64,000 bases of DNA from Alphaproteobacteria bacterium (lineage in GTDB: Bacteria > Pseudomonadota > Alphaproteobacteria > MPNO01 > UBA830), in the NCBI GenBank assembly GCA_964291215.2, contig OZ219790.1, forward strand, positions 96,001 to 160,000, read 5' to 3'. The position numbers and the translations under genes were made by a program. How positions within the stretch are numbered: position 1 is the first letter of the stretch; each line of letters begins with the position of its first letter. The notes under the pieces were generated by a model that worked only from the letters and a program-made list of their open reading frames with translations, did no database searches and was not told the origin of the DNA. Positions 9,798 to 19,472 of the stretch are shown here, piece by piece.

Positions 9798-10820
9798 ATG
9801 GCCGATGTGAACCTGAAAATTCCGGCGATCGACAGTTTGGTCAAACACGTCGCTAGCGGCATCGGCGCGGTGGCCGGGCCGATGCTGGAGCCATGGAAAG
9901 CACGTCAGGAAACGAAGGCGAAACTCATCAGGGCAGAGGCTGAAGCTGACAGACTGAAACTCTTCGCCAATGCCCAAGCCGAGGCGTGCCGCTTGCTGCT
10001 CCCACAGGACGAGGAAGCTCATGGTGTGCTGGACATCGGCGGCCCGAACGGGATTTCGCAGCGAATCGAGTTCCAGGAACGGAAGCGGCAGGCGAACATC
10101 GCCTCGGTAGTCCGGGACGCCGCCGCCGTGCTGGATGGCAAGGAGGTCGATGACCATGAACCCGATCCGGACTGGACGGCGCGGTTTTTCAATAGCGTTC
10201 AGGACGTAACGTCGGAGGATATGCGGAAAATCTGGGCCAGGATTCTTGCAGGAGAAGTCGAAGGACCAAGCCGGACATCGTTGCGAACGCTGGATGTTCT
10301 GAGAAACATGACGACTAAGGACGCCAAGATGTTCGAGCGGATATGCAGATATGTCGTTCGTGACCCCTCCAAAGACAAGTTCTTTTTCTCAGACGAAGAA
10401 CATGATTTCGGTCATCTTGCAATACCATTTGAAGATTTAATTTATCTTCAAGAAATTGGTCTTATTAATGCAAATAATCCACTTGAATGGAGTGTGTCCT
10501 TAAGCAAACAAAACAAAACCGTGCTTTTTTTTCATGAAAAATTTCTGATTATTTTGACAGGAAGCAAGTCAAAAGACAGTCAAACAATCAAAATTCCCAT
10601 TTACCGCCTTACGAATCCTGGAAAAGAACTCCATGCCATCGCAGGGTGCGAATTTCATTGGGATTACTTGCAGCCACTTGCACGATTCCTGCGCACACAA
10701 GACATCGAAGTGTCCTGCGCTCAGATTATCGAGAGCTTTCCCGACGGCAACTACGGATATTCCGCTCCCTTCGACCCTTTCAAGATCGAGTCCGCAAAGC
10801 CGCGCGGTACCGTCTCATGA
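9798..10820 (+). CDS. DUF2806-family protein
   Basis: ERKRQANIASVV..A...PDPDWTARFF..VQDV.SEDM..IWARILAGEV..P...SLRTLDVL.NM; 3' half visibly AT-rich. Confidence 0.8.
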   Translation: MADVNLKIPAIDSLVKHVASGIGAVAGPMLEPWKARQETKAKLIRAEAEADRLKLFANAQAEACRLLLPQDEEAHGVLDIGGPNGISQRIEFQERKRQANIASVVRDAAAVLDGKEVDDHEPDPDWTARFFNSVQDVTSEDMRKIWARILAGEVEGPSRTSLRTLDVLRNMTTKDAKMFERICRYVVRDPSKDKFFFSDEEHDFGHLAIPFEDLIYLQEIGLINANNPLEWSVSLSKQNKTVLFFHEKFLIILTGSKSKDSQTIKIPIYRLTNPGKELHAIAGCEFHWDYLQPLARFLRTQDIEVSCAQIIESFPDGNYGYSAPFDPFKIESAKPRGTVS

Positions 10821-13800
10821 CCGCCGATCGCGACACCCGCCTGATCGAGGTGGATTTTCCGTTGGAGCGGGTTTCGCTCGATTCGGTGCATGAGAAGAAC
10901 GTCCGGCACGGACATATATCGACGCTGCATATTTGGCCGGCGCGACGGCCGCTGGCGGCGTGCCGGGCGGCACTGGTGGCGACGCTGCTGCCCGACCCCG
11001 GCGATGCGGCAGCGCGGCAGGCGCTCTACCGCCGGCTGGCCGGTGAGGTCGTCGAGACGGTCAGGGCGGAGCGCCGCGGCGGCCGCGCGGTGGAGCAACA
11101 CCGGCGCGAGACTGCAGGCGGCCTGCTGCACTGGGGACGCGAGGACGGCCCGGACCTGCAATGGTTCCGCGAGCGCATCCGCCAGGCCCATGGCGGGCGG
11201 GCGCCCAGGGTGCTGGACCCGTTCGCCGGCGGCGGCGCTATACCGCTGGAGGCGATGCGGCTCGGCTGCGAGGCGACCGCCGTCGATATCAACCCGGTGG
11301 CCTGGTTCATCCTCAAATGCACCCTCGACTATCCGCGCCGGATAGCGGGCAAGACCCTGCCGCTGCCCGGTTTCGCGCGCACCGACAGGGATTTCATGGC
11401 GGCCTTCCTCAAGGCGCGGGGCTTCAAGGGCAAGCCACTGGACGGCAGGCTTGCGGCGCTCGGCCTCGCGCCGGACTGCGGGGCGGGGGAACTGGCGCTG
11501 GATGCCCCGGCGCGCGAAGAGGCGCTCTGCGAAGCCGACCTCGCCTGGCATGTCCGCGCCTGGGGCCGGCGCGTGCTCACCGTAGTTCGCGCGGCGCTGG
11601 CGGCGCGCTACCCGACCTATGCTGCGTTCCAGGCGCCAGCACCTGGCGGCCCGTCGTTCGAGCCGCGGCCGCTCGCGCTGCTGGCGCCGGACGAAACGGG
11701 CGCGACCAGTGCCGGGCCGCTGAACGAGGCGTTCGACGCGGCCTGGCTCGCCGACCCGCGCAACCCGCGTTGGGTGGCGAAACCGACGGTGGCCTATCTG
11801 TGGGCGCGCACGGTGCGCTGCAAGAGCTGCCGCGCCGTACTACCGCTTCTCAAGACCCGGTGGCTGTGCAGGAAGGACAGCAAGCGCATCCTGCTCACCA
11901 TGACGCCGCGGGCGGACGGGTCCGGCGTCGCCTTCGGGGTCGAGGCCGGGGTGCCGCCGGCCACCGGCACTGCGGCGCAGCGGCGCGAGGGCGATAGGCG
12001 GCTCGGCGAAGGCACGATGAGCCGCAGCGGCGCACGCTGCCCCTGCTGCTCGGCGATCATGTCCATGGAGGACATCCGCCTCGAAGGCCGCGCCGGGCGG
12101 CTGGGCGCGGTGATGACCGCCGTGGTCGTCGACGGGCCGAAGGGCAAGGAATACCGCCCGCCGGAGGACGAGGAGCTCCGCGCTGCGGAGGTCTCCGCCG
12201 GCGAACTGGACGCGCTGTATGTCGACATTCCATTCGGGCTGCCGACGGAGGCGACGCCGCGCCAGGGACCGGGCGCTGCCCGCGCTTTCTCGGTGGAGAA
12301 TTACGGCCTCGACCGCTGGGACAAGCTGTTCACCGACCGGCAGCTTCTGGCGCTGGGCTCGGTGCTGCGGGAGATGCGCCGGTGCGCCGACGCAATGGCG
12401 GACCTCCCGCCGGAATGGCGGGAGGCGGTCCTGGCCTGTCTGGCCCCGTCGCTCGGCCGCCTCGCCGACCGGGGCAGTGCGCTTGCGACCTGGACCAATG
12501 ACCGTGAAACAACCCGCAGCACGTTCGCCCGTTTCGCACTGCCCGTCGTGTGGGACTTTGCCGAATCCTGCCCGCTGGCCGACACTACCGGCGGCTTCGT
12601 CCAGGCCGTCGAGTGGATCGCCCGCGTCGTCGAGCATCTGCAAGACGCGGCGAGGGACGCGCCCGGCGCAACGGTGCTGAGGCAGTCGGCGCTTGCACCC
12701 GTTCGCGGCGGGTTCGACGCCATCGTCACCGACCCGCCTTATTACGACGCCATTCCCTATTCGGACCTGATGGACTTCTTCCATGTCTGGCTGCGCCGCG
12801 CGCTGCACGGCGTCGTGGCGGACGCGGACCCGGCGTTCGCCGACCCTCTCGGCCCGAAATGGAATGCGGCCGGCGGCGACGGCGAGCTGATCGACGACGC
12901 CAGCCGGTTCGGCGGCGACCGGGCGGCATCGAAGCAGGCCTACGAAGACGGTATGGCCCGCGCCTTCCAGGCGTGCCACAAGGCGCTGAAGCCGGAGGGG
13001 CGGCTGGTCGTCGTCTTCGCCAACAAGTCTCCCGACGCCTGGGAGACCCTGGTCGCGGCGCTGATCCGCGCCGGGTTCGTCGTCACCGGTTCCTGGCCGA
13101 TCCAGACCGAGATGCAGAACCGGCAGCGTTCGCTGGCCTCCGCCGCCCTCGCCTCCTCGGTCTGGCTCGTCTGCCGCAAGCGCCCGCCGGGCCGGCCGGG
13201 CTGGGACAGCGCGGTGCTGGCCGAGATGCGCGAGAACATCACGCGGCGACTGCGCGGCTTCTGGGATGCCGGCATCCGCGGGCCGGACTTCGTGTGGGCC
13301 GCGACGGGGCCGGCGCTCGAAGCCTTCTCTCGGCATCCGGTGGTGAAGAAGGCCGATGCGCCCGGCGAGACCATGGCGGTCTCCGAATTCCTGCGAGAGG
13401 TGCGCCGCATGGTGGTCGATTTCGTCGTCGGCCGGGTGTTGACCCGCGACGCCGACGCGGCGGGCGGCCTCGACGATGTGACGACCTATTACCTGCTGCA
13501 TCGCGGCGATTTCGGCCTGGGCGAGGCTCCAGCCGGCGCCTGCATCCTCTATGCGCTGTCCTGCAACCTGTCCGACCGCGACCTCTCCGACCGCTTCGCC
13601 ATCCTGTCACGACCTGACCGCGTCCAATTCGACGAAGCAGATGACGACGGGACCGGCGACGAGGACGGCGGCGGTGCTGCGGGTGCCGGCGGCCGGGGCG
13701 GCAAGGCGAAGCTGCTGCCCTGGAACCGGCGCAAGGCCAGAGGGCTGGGCCTCGAAGGCCCGGGCGGTCGCCCCGCGCCGCTGATCGACCGGGCGCACAG

Positions 13801-14032
13801 GCTGATGCAGCTCTGGCGCGCGGGCGACGAGGCGAAGGTGAACGCCTATATCGACGACAGCGGCCTCGCACGCCAGACTCTGTTCGCGCGGCTGCTGCAG
13901 TCGCTGATCGAGCTGGCGCCAGCCGGCTCGGAGGAACGCGCGATCCTCGAATCCCTCTCCAACCACATCGCCGCCCGCACCGGCCTCGCCGCACCGCGCC
14001 AGGGCGCCTTGTGGCTGGAGGAAGCGCCATGA
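10817..14032 (+). CDS. DUF1156 adenine-specific DNA methyltransferase with Zn ribbon
   Basis: RLIEVDFP..HGHISTLHIWPARRPLAACRA, VLDPFAGGGAIPLEAMRLG (motif I), CKSC/CPCC, TDPPYYDAIPYSDL (motif IV); ATGA overlap at 10817. Confidence 0.93.
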   Translation: MTADRDTRLIEVDFPLERVSLDSVHEKNVRHGHISTLHIWPARRPLAACRAALVATLLPDPGDAAARQALYRRLAGEVVETVRAERRGGRAVEQHRRETAGGLLHWGREDGPDLQWFRERIRQAHGGRAPRVLDPFAGGGAIPLEAMRLGCEATAVDINPVAWFILKCTLDYPRRIAGKTLPLPGFARTDRDFMAAFLKARGFKGKPLDGRLAALGLAPDCGAGELALDAPAREEALCEADLAWHVRAWGRRVLTVVRAALAARYPTYAAFQAPAPGGPSFEPRPLALLAPDETGATSAGPLNEAFDAAWLADPRNPRWVAKPTVAYLWARTVRCKSCRAVLPLLKTRWLCRKDSKRILLTMTPRADGSGVAFGVEAGVPPATGTAAQRREGDRRLGEGTMSRSGARCPCCSAIMSMEDIRLEGRAGRLGAVMTAVVVDGPKGKEYRPPEDEELRAAEVSAGELDALYVDIPFGLPTEATPRQGPGAARAFSVENYGLDRWDKLFTDRQLLALGSVLREMRRCADAMADLPPEWREAVLACLAPSLGRLADRGSALATWTNDRETTRSTFARFALPVVWDFAESCPLADTTGGFVQAVEWIARVVEHLQDAARDAPGATVLRQSALAPVRGGFDAIVTDPPYYDAIPYSDLMDFFHVWLRRALHGVVADADPAFADPLGPKWNAAGGDGELIDDASRFGGDRAASKQAYEDGMARAFQACHKALKPEGRLVVVFANKSPDAWETLVAALIRAGFVVTGSWPIQTEMQNRQRSLASAALASSVWLVCRKRPPGRPGWDSAVLAEMRENITRRLRGFWDAGIRGPDFVWAATGPALEAFSRHPVVKKADAPGETMAVSEFLREVRRMVVDFVVGRVLTRDADAAGGLDDVTTYYLLHRGDFGLGEAPAGACILYALSCNLSDRDLSDRFAILSRPDRVQFDEADDDGTGDEDGGGAAGAGGRGGKAKLLPWNRRKARGLGLEGPGGRPAPLIDRAHRLMQLWRAGDEAKVNAYIDDSGLARQTLFARLLQSLIELAPAGSEERAILESLSNHIAARTGLAAPRQGALWLEEAP

Positions 14033-15300
14033 TCACCGAGATCCGGCTCAAGGACTTCAAGAACTTCGCCGACGAGACGCTGCGCGTCGGCCCGTTCACC
14101 GTGATCGTCGGCGCCAACGCCAGCGGCAAGAGCAACATCCGCGACGCCTTCCGCTTCCTGCACGGCATCGGGCGTGGTTATACCCTCGCGGAGACCATCG
14201 GCGGAAAATACGGCGGCGGCGGCCAGGTCGAATGGGATCCGATTCGCGGCGGCGCCAACGAACTCGTCCGCTCGGGACGACAAACCCTGACCGTCGGCCT
14301 CACCGTGAAGCTGGCGGATGGGTCGCGCGCCTCTTACTGCATCGGGATGAAGCTCGACAAAGAAGGCCGCTTTCGGGTTGAGCGCGAAGTCCTCAAGGTC
14401 AGACATCGGGAAGTATATACCAGCCATCCGGCATCGCCCGATCCCGTTCGGGAACAGAACGACGATGCCCATCTGCTGCTTCGGATGGAAAAAACCGGCA
14501 CCCAACGTAAGTATGGCCACCGAATTCCCGTGCGATGGGATCAACCCGCGCTGACCCAGATTCAAGGCGTCAAGCATGTGGTGCGTTGGCACAAAGATTG
14601 GGCCGGGGAAGTGGCGGGCCTGCTCGGCCACTGCCGTTTTCTCGACCCGACGCCGGACCTCATGCGCAAGCCCGCCTTCCCCGGCCAGGTGACGCTGGGA
14701 GACAGCGGCGAGAATCTCCCCACGGTGCTGCAGAAAATCTGTGCCGACGAAGCGAAGAAGGAGGCCCTTTTCGACTGGACCCGCGAACTCACGCCGATGG
14801 ACGTGGCAAACTTCGAGTTTCCGCGCGACCCGACGACCGGGCTGGTGCAACTCGCGATCCGCGAGAGAAGCGGAAGAAGGATTTCCGCCTACAGCGCATC
14901 GGACGGCACACTGCGTTTCCTCGCCATGCTGGCGGCGCTGCTCGATGAGGAGCCGGCGGGCCTCTATTTCTTCGAGGAGATCGACAACGGCATCCACCCG
15001 TCGCGGCTTCACCTGCTGGTCGACTTGATCGAACGCCAGACGCAGGGCGGCGCGGTGCAGGTCATCACCACGACCCATTCGCCCGAACTGCTTTCCATGG
15101 TAAGCGACGGCACTTTCCGGGATATGTCCGTCGTCTGCCGTTCGGAGGATACGGAGGACGCCGTTATCCGCCCGGTCGCCGACCTGCTCGGCGCCAAGGC
15201 GCTGCGAGAAACCCAAGGATTGGGCCGTCTGCTCGCCGGGGGCTGGATGGAGACGGCCCTTGCCTTCACCGAAGGCGGTGGCGAGGGAGACCGGGAATGA
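14029..15300 (+). CDS. ABC-type (AAA_21/AAA_15-like) ATPase
   Basis: Walker A GANASGKSN, signature ASDGTLR, Walker B FFEEIDNGIHP, H-loop ITTTHSP; ATGA overlap. Confidence 0.9.
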   Translation: MITEIRLKDFKNFADETLRVGPFTVIVGANASGKSNIRDAFRFLHGIGRGYTLAETIGGKYGGGGQVEWDPIRGGANELVRSGRQTLTVGLTVKLADGSRASYCIGMKLDKEGRFRVEREVLKVRHREVYTSHPASPDPVREQNDDAHLLLRMEKTGTQRKYGHRIPVRWDQPALTQIQGVKHVVRWHKDWAGEVAGLLGHCRFLDPTPDLMRKPAFPGQVTLGDSGENLPTVLQKICADEAKKEALFDWTRELTPMDVANFEFPRDPTTGLVQLAIRERSGRRISAYSASDGTLRFLAMLAALLDEEPAGLYFFEEIDNGIHPSRLHLLVDLIERQTQGGAVQVITTTHSPELLSMVSDGTFRDMSVVCRSEDTEDAVIRPVADLLGAKALRETQGLGRLLAGGWMETALAFTEGGGEGDRE

Positions 15301-15860
15301 ACATCCTTGTCATTCCCGAGGATTTTCGCAATGATCAATATATCCTGAAGCCCCTGTTCAAGCGGCTGTTCGCCGCCTTGGGCCGAGGGCGCGCGCGGAT
15401 CCGGGTTTGCCAGGACCCGCGGCTCGGTGGCGTCGGCGAGGCACTGAAAACCGAACGTATCCGCGAGATCGTGGACCAGCATCGCGGTATGACGGATATC
15501 TTCGTCCTTTGCGTCGACCGCGATGGCGAGACGGGGCGGCGTGCGCGGTTGACCGAGATCGAAGAAAATCTCGAAGATGATTGCCGCCTGTTCGCCGAGA
15601 ACGCCTGGGAGGAAATCGAGACCTGGGCGCTTGCCGGCCTGGACCTGCCCGACGAATGGAGCTGGGTGCAGGTTCGCACCGAAATCCAGGTCAAGGAGCG
15701 ATATTTCAAGCCGCTCGCCGAGCGACGCGGCGTTGCCGACGGCCCCGGCGGCGGCCGCAAGGCGCTTGGCGAGGAGGCCGCGCGTAAAATCGATACGATC
15801 CGGCGCAAATGCCCCGAGGATTTCGACGCGCTCGCCCGGCGCCTCGGCGACGCCGCCTGA
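15297..15860 (+). CDS. TOPRIM-like (DUF4276/RloB-like) partner protein
   Basis: ILVIPED...D, VDRD and EIETW.LA acidic motifs; ATGA-coupled to the ATPase. Exact family uncertain. Confidence 0.65.
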   Translation: MNILVIPEDFRNDQYILKPLFKRLFAALGRGRARIRVCQDPRLGGVGEALKTERIREIVDQHRGMTDIFVLCVDRDGETGRRARLTEIEENLEDDCRLFAENAWEEIETWALAGLDLPDEWSWVQVRTEIQVKERYFKPLAERRGVADGPGGGRKALGEEAARKIDTIRRKCPEDFDALARRLGDAA

Positions 15861-15880
15861 ACCCATCGAGCGAGGACGAC

Positions 15881-18800
15881 ATGACGAGAAAACTTTCCTG
15901 GACGCCCTGGCATGAGGTCGTGACGCTGCGCGAGGATGTGCGCACGGGCGCGCTCTCGCTGGCCGACTTTGCCGCCGATCTTCACGATGTAGCGATGCAG
16001 AAGGGCGCGCGGCCGGTCTATGAGGATCCGGGCCGATTCTTTGCGCTGACCTATCCGACCTTCCCGTTGCGGGAACTTGCGCGCGATGTGGCGCTGCGCC
16101 TCGCCGGCAGGAACACTAGGGCAATCCGCCAGCTCGAACTCACCTATGGCGGGGGCAAGACCCATACGCTGGTGACGCTCTACCACCTGGCGCACGATCC
16201 GCAGTCGCTGCCGGCGCTCCCCGCGGTCGAGCAGTTCCGCTCCCATGTCGGCGCGCCCCTGCCGGCGGCGCGCGTAGCGGCGCTCTGCTTCGACAAGCTC
16301 GATGTGGAAAAGGGAATGGAGGTACGCGCCCCCGGCGGCGCGCTGCGCTGGCTCAAGTATCCCTGGAGCGTACTGGCGTTTCAGCTGGCGGGCGAGGAGG
16401 GCCTGCGCGCGCTTCATCCCGACAGCGCGAACGAGGAACGGGAGACGGCGCCTGCCGAGCCGCTGCTCGCCGAGTTGCTGTCGCGGCCGCAGGCAAGTGG
16501 GCTCGCCACCCTGGTGCTGATCGACGAAGTGCTGATGTACGCCCGTGAGAAGGCGGCGATGGAGGAAGGCTGGCGCACGCGGCTGACCGACTTCTTCCAG
16601 TATCTGTGCCAGGCGGCGGTCAGGGTGGACCGCTGCGCCCTCGTCGCCTCGCTGCTCGCCTCCGACCCCGCGAAGAGCGACGCGCTCGGCAAGCAGCTTA
16701 CCCGGCAGATTTTCGACATTTTCAACCGACAGCGCGAAGAGGGGATCCAGCCGGTGCAGAAGGAGGATGTGGCCGAAGTGCTGCGCCGGCGCTTCTTCGA
16801 ATCCGGTTCGATCGCCGATCCCGACTCCTTTCGCCCCCATGTCACGGCGACGGTCGCCAATATCGCCAGGGTCGACGAAACGGTGGACAAAAACAGGGCG
16901 GGCGAGGAACAGCGTTTCCTCGACAGCTACCCCTTCCATCCGGGGCTGACCGATATTTTCTATGCCAAGTGGACTCAGCTGGATGGGTTCCAGCGTACGC
17001 GCGGCATCCTGAGGACCTTCGCCATCGCACTGCGCGATGCCGAGAAGTGGGACAGGGCGCCGCTGGTCGGCCCCAATATCCTTTTGCCCGCGCCCGGCGA
17101 AAACGCTCTCTCCGAGGCGGCGCGCGAGCTTGCCGGCACCGCCACGCGCGAGATCACGGAGGGCGCCGGCAATGTCTGGAGCGCCGTGCTGGAGGGCGAG
17201 TTTGCGAAGGCGCGGGCCGTGCAGGACGACCATCCGGCGCTGAAGTTTCGCGAAATGGAGCAGGCGGTGTGCGCCGTGTTCCTGAGTTCGCAGCCGATCG
17301 GCCAGAAGGCGCACACGCCGGAGTTGATGGCGCTTGTCGGTGCGGCAGGCCCTGACCGGATTGATGTGGAGAAGGCCCTGCGCCGCTGGACCGAACTCTC
17401 CTGGTTCCTCGACGAGGTGGAGTTCGCCGACGCCGCGACTCTGCCCCGGGCGTGGCGTCTCGGCAACAGGCCCAACCTCAAACAGATGCATGACGACGCC
17501 TGCGCCAACCGGGTCGCGGCGGAGCAGGTGGAACAGGCGCTGCTGGAGGAAGTGCGGCGGGCAAAGAGCCTCACCCAGGGTGCGGCGGCGGCAGGCGCAA
17601 GGGTGCACATGCTGCCGGAGCGGCCGCGCGACATCGGCGATGACGGGGAGTTCCATTTCGCCGTCCTGGGGCCGGGCGCGGTTTCCGATTCGGGCCGACC
17701 GAGCGCACAAGCGCGGCGCTTCATCGACGAGACGACGGGGCCGGACCGGCCGAGGATCCGACGCAACGCCGTGGTTCTGGCGGCTCCCTCGCGCGACGGC
17801 CTCGACGCCGCCCGGGCAAGCATTCGCGAATATCTCGGCTGGGAGGAGGTGCGCCGACAACTTGACGGCCAGGGAGGCGATTCGGTGCGCGAAGGGATGC
17901 TAGCCGACTCGACGGAGCGGGCGCGCAAGCGCATTCCCGACGCGATCCGCCAAGCCTGGGCCATCGTCGTCGCCGTCAACGAGCACAACGACATCCAGGC
18001 GTTCAAGACAACCATCGGCGCGGAAGCGCTGTTTGCGGTCGTCAAGGCGGACCGGCGGGCGCGCATCCAGGAGACCGCGATCAGCGCCGAAGCGATGCTG
18101 CCTAACGGCCCCTACGATCTCTGGCGCGCCAACGAGGCCTCGCGCCGCGTGAAGGATATTGCCGGCGCCTTCGCGGAGAACCCGAAACTGCCGAAAATGC
18201 TCCGCCGTAAAGACATCCTCGACACGATCGACCGGGGTGTGCGCGACGGCGTCTTCGTCGCGTCGCTGGTCAGGCCCGACGGATCGGTCAGAACCTGGTG
18301 GCGGACGCCGGTCGACGAGCAGGCCCGGTCGGAGCCGGCGCTGGAGCTGTTCCTGCCCGACAAGGCCACGTTGTCGGAGCTCGACCCGCAGGCGCTGGCG
18401 CCGGATGTGCTTCCGGAGTTGTGGACCGGCGATTCGGTCACGGTGGCGGATCTCGTCGCCTACTTTTCCGGCGGGCGAATAGCGACCGTGCAGCGAGAGG
18501 GGTATGCGGAAACAGTTGGTATTCCGGCCTGTCCCCGCGCTGCGGTCGACGCGGCGGTCTCGGAGGCCGTCGGCCAGGGCGTCCTGTGGCTCGTGAACGG
18601 CCCCGCAAGTCTCCAGGGCGAACCAGTGCCGCCCGGCATCCTGTCTGAAACCGCCCAACTGCGCGCGCCGCTATCGCCGCTTTCGGTAAACCGATTGACG
18701 AAGGACTCGGCGCCGGAGGCATGGAAAGACGGGCAGACCAGCGCCCTGGCCCTCTTGACTGTGCTCTCTGTGCAGGCCGGCGTGCCTCTGCCCTGGGCGG

Positions 18801-19198
18801 TCCTGCGCCGGGCGATCAACGACGCGCTCGACGGACAGTGGCTCGCCCTGGCGCCCGAAAGCGCCCCGTGGCCGTGCCCGGCCGCGGGTGCGGAGACCGT
18901 CATGCTGCGGGAACCCGAATCTTCGGGTGTCGCGGAGGGCGGCGGCGAAACCGCATTGCTCCGCAAGGGCCTGCATACCGGGGCGGCCGACCTTGCGCCC
19001 AACGAGTTGCAGGACCTGGTTGACGCGCTGCCGGAAGTCATCACTGCCGCTGCTGGCATCCCCTTGCGGTTCCACCTTCGCATGACGCTGGGGGACGGCA
19101 GCGAACCGCACGCCGAAACGGCGGCGTCCATCAACATTATCCTGGAAAGCGCCAACCCCGGCTTGCGCTTGAGCGGGGCCGAAAAGCCGGACGGATGA
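15881..19198 (+). CDS. DUF499 AAA+ ATPase
   Basis: PWHEVVTLREDV..G......FAADL, FFALTYPT, Walker A YGGGKTH, Walker B VLIDE, SYPFHP, FQRTRGILR. Confidence 0.92.
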   Translation: MTRKLSWTPWHEVVTLREDVRTGALSLADFAADLHDVAMQKGARPVYEDPGRFFALTYPTFPLRELARDVALRLAGRNTRAIRQLELTYGGGKTHTLVTLYHLAHDPQSLPALPAVEQFRSHVGAPLPAARVAALCFDKLDVEKGMEVRAPGGALRWLKYPWSVLAFQLAGEEGLRALHPDSANEERETAPAEPLLAELLSRPQASGLATLVLIDEVLMYAREKAAMEEGWRTRLTDFFQYLCQAAVRVDRCALVASLLASDPAKSDALGKQLTRQIFDIFNRQREEGIQPVQKEDVAEVLRRRFFESGSIADPDSFRPHVTATVANIARVDETVDKNRAGEEQRFLDSYPFHPGLTDIFYAKWTQLDGFQRTRGILRTFAIALRDAEKWDRAPLVGPNILLPAPGENALSEAARELAGTATREITEGAGNVWSAVLEGEFAKARAVQDDHPALKFREMEQAVCAVFLSSQPIGQKAHTPELMALVGAAGPDRIDVEKALRRWTELSWFLDEVEFADAATLPRAWRLGNRPNLKQMHDDACANRVAAEQVEQALLEEVRRAKSLTQGAAAAGARVHMLPERPRDIGDDGEFHFAVLGPGAVSDSGRPSAQARRFIDETTGPDRPRIRRNAVVLAAPSRDGLDAARASIREYLGWEEVRRQLDGQGGDSVREGMLADSTERARKRIPDAIRQAWAIVVAVNEHNDIQAFKTTIGAEALFAVVKADRRARIQETAISAEAMLPNGPYDLWRANEASRRVKDIAGAFAENPKLPKMLRRKDILDTIDRGVRDGVFVASLVRPDGSVRTWWRTPVDEQARSEPALELFLPDKATLSELDPQALAPDVLPELWTGDSVTVADLVAYFSGGRIATVQREGYAETVGIPACPRAAVDAAVSEAVGQGVLWLVNGPASLQGEPVPPGILSETAQLRAPLSPLSVNRLTKDSAPEAWKDGQTSALALLTVLSVQAGVPLPWAVLRRAINDALDGQWLALAPESAPWPCPAAGAETVMLREPESSGVAEGGGETALLRKGLHTGAADLAPNELQDLVDALPEVITAAAGIPLRFHLRMTLGDGSEPHAETAASINIILESANPGLRLSGAEKPDG

Positions 19199-19472
19199 AC
19201 CGAACACAATGCCTGTGCGCAGGAAAGTCGGAATTCCGCTATCCGGTGGGAGTGCGCTCATCGTGGAGACCGTTGGCATACGGGCGATTGCGCACGAGCG
19301 CCGAAGCGGATCCGGGATATCTGGCGGACACTCTGCCGACTGTGGCGGGGACGTGCGCCGCGCCGGGTTGGAAGCGGAATTGTCAGTAATCGGGTGGGAG
19401 CCTGGGGTGAACTGCTGTGTGAGAAGGGGCTGAGGCGACATCGAGTGTCCCATTCCGTCGGGCTCTGCCCGT

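Noticed and set aside
19209-19450. GTGCGC-starting segment after DUF499 as a group II intron 5' end or ncRNA
   Set aside because: No downstream RT or domain V; may be an IS end remnant but cannot be supported.
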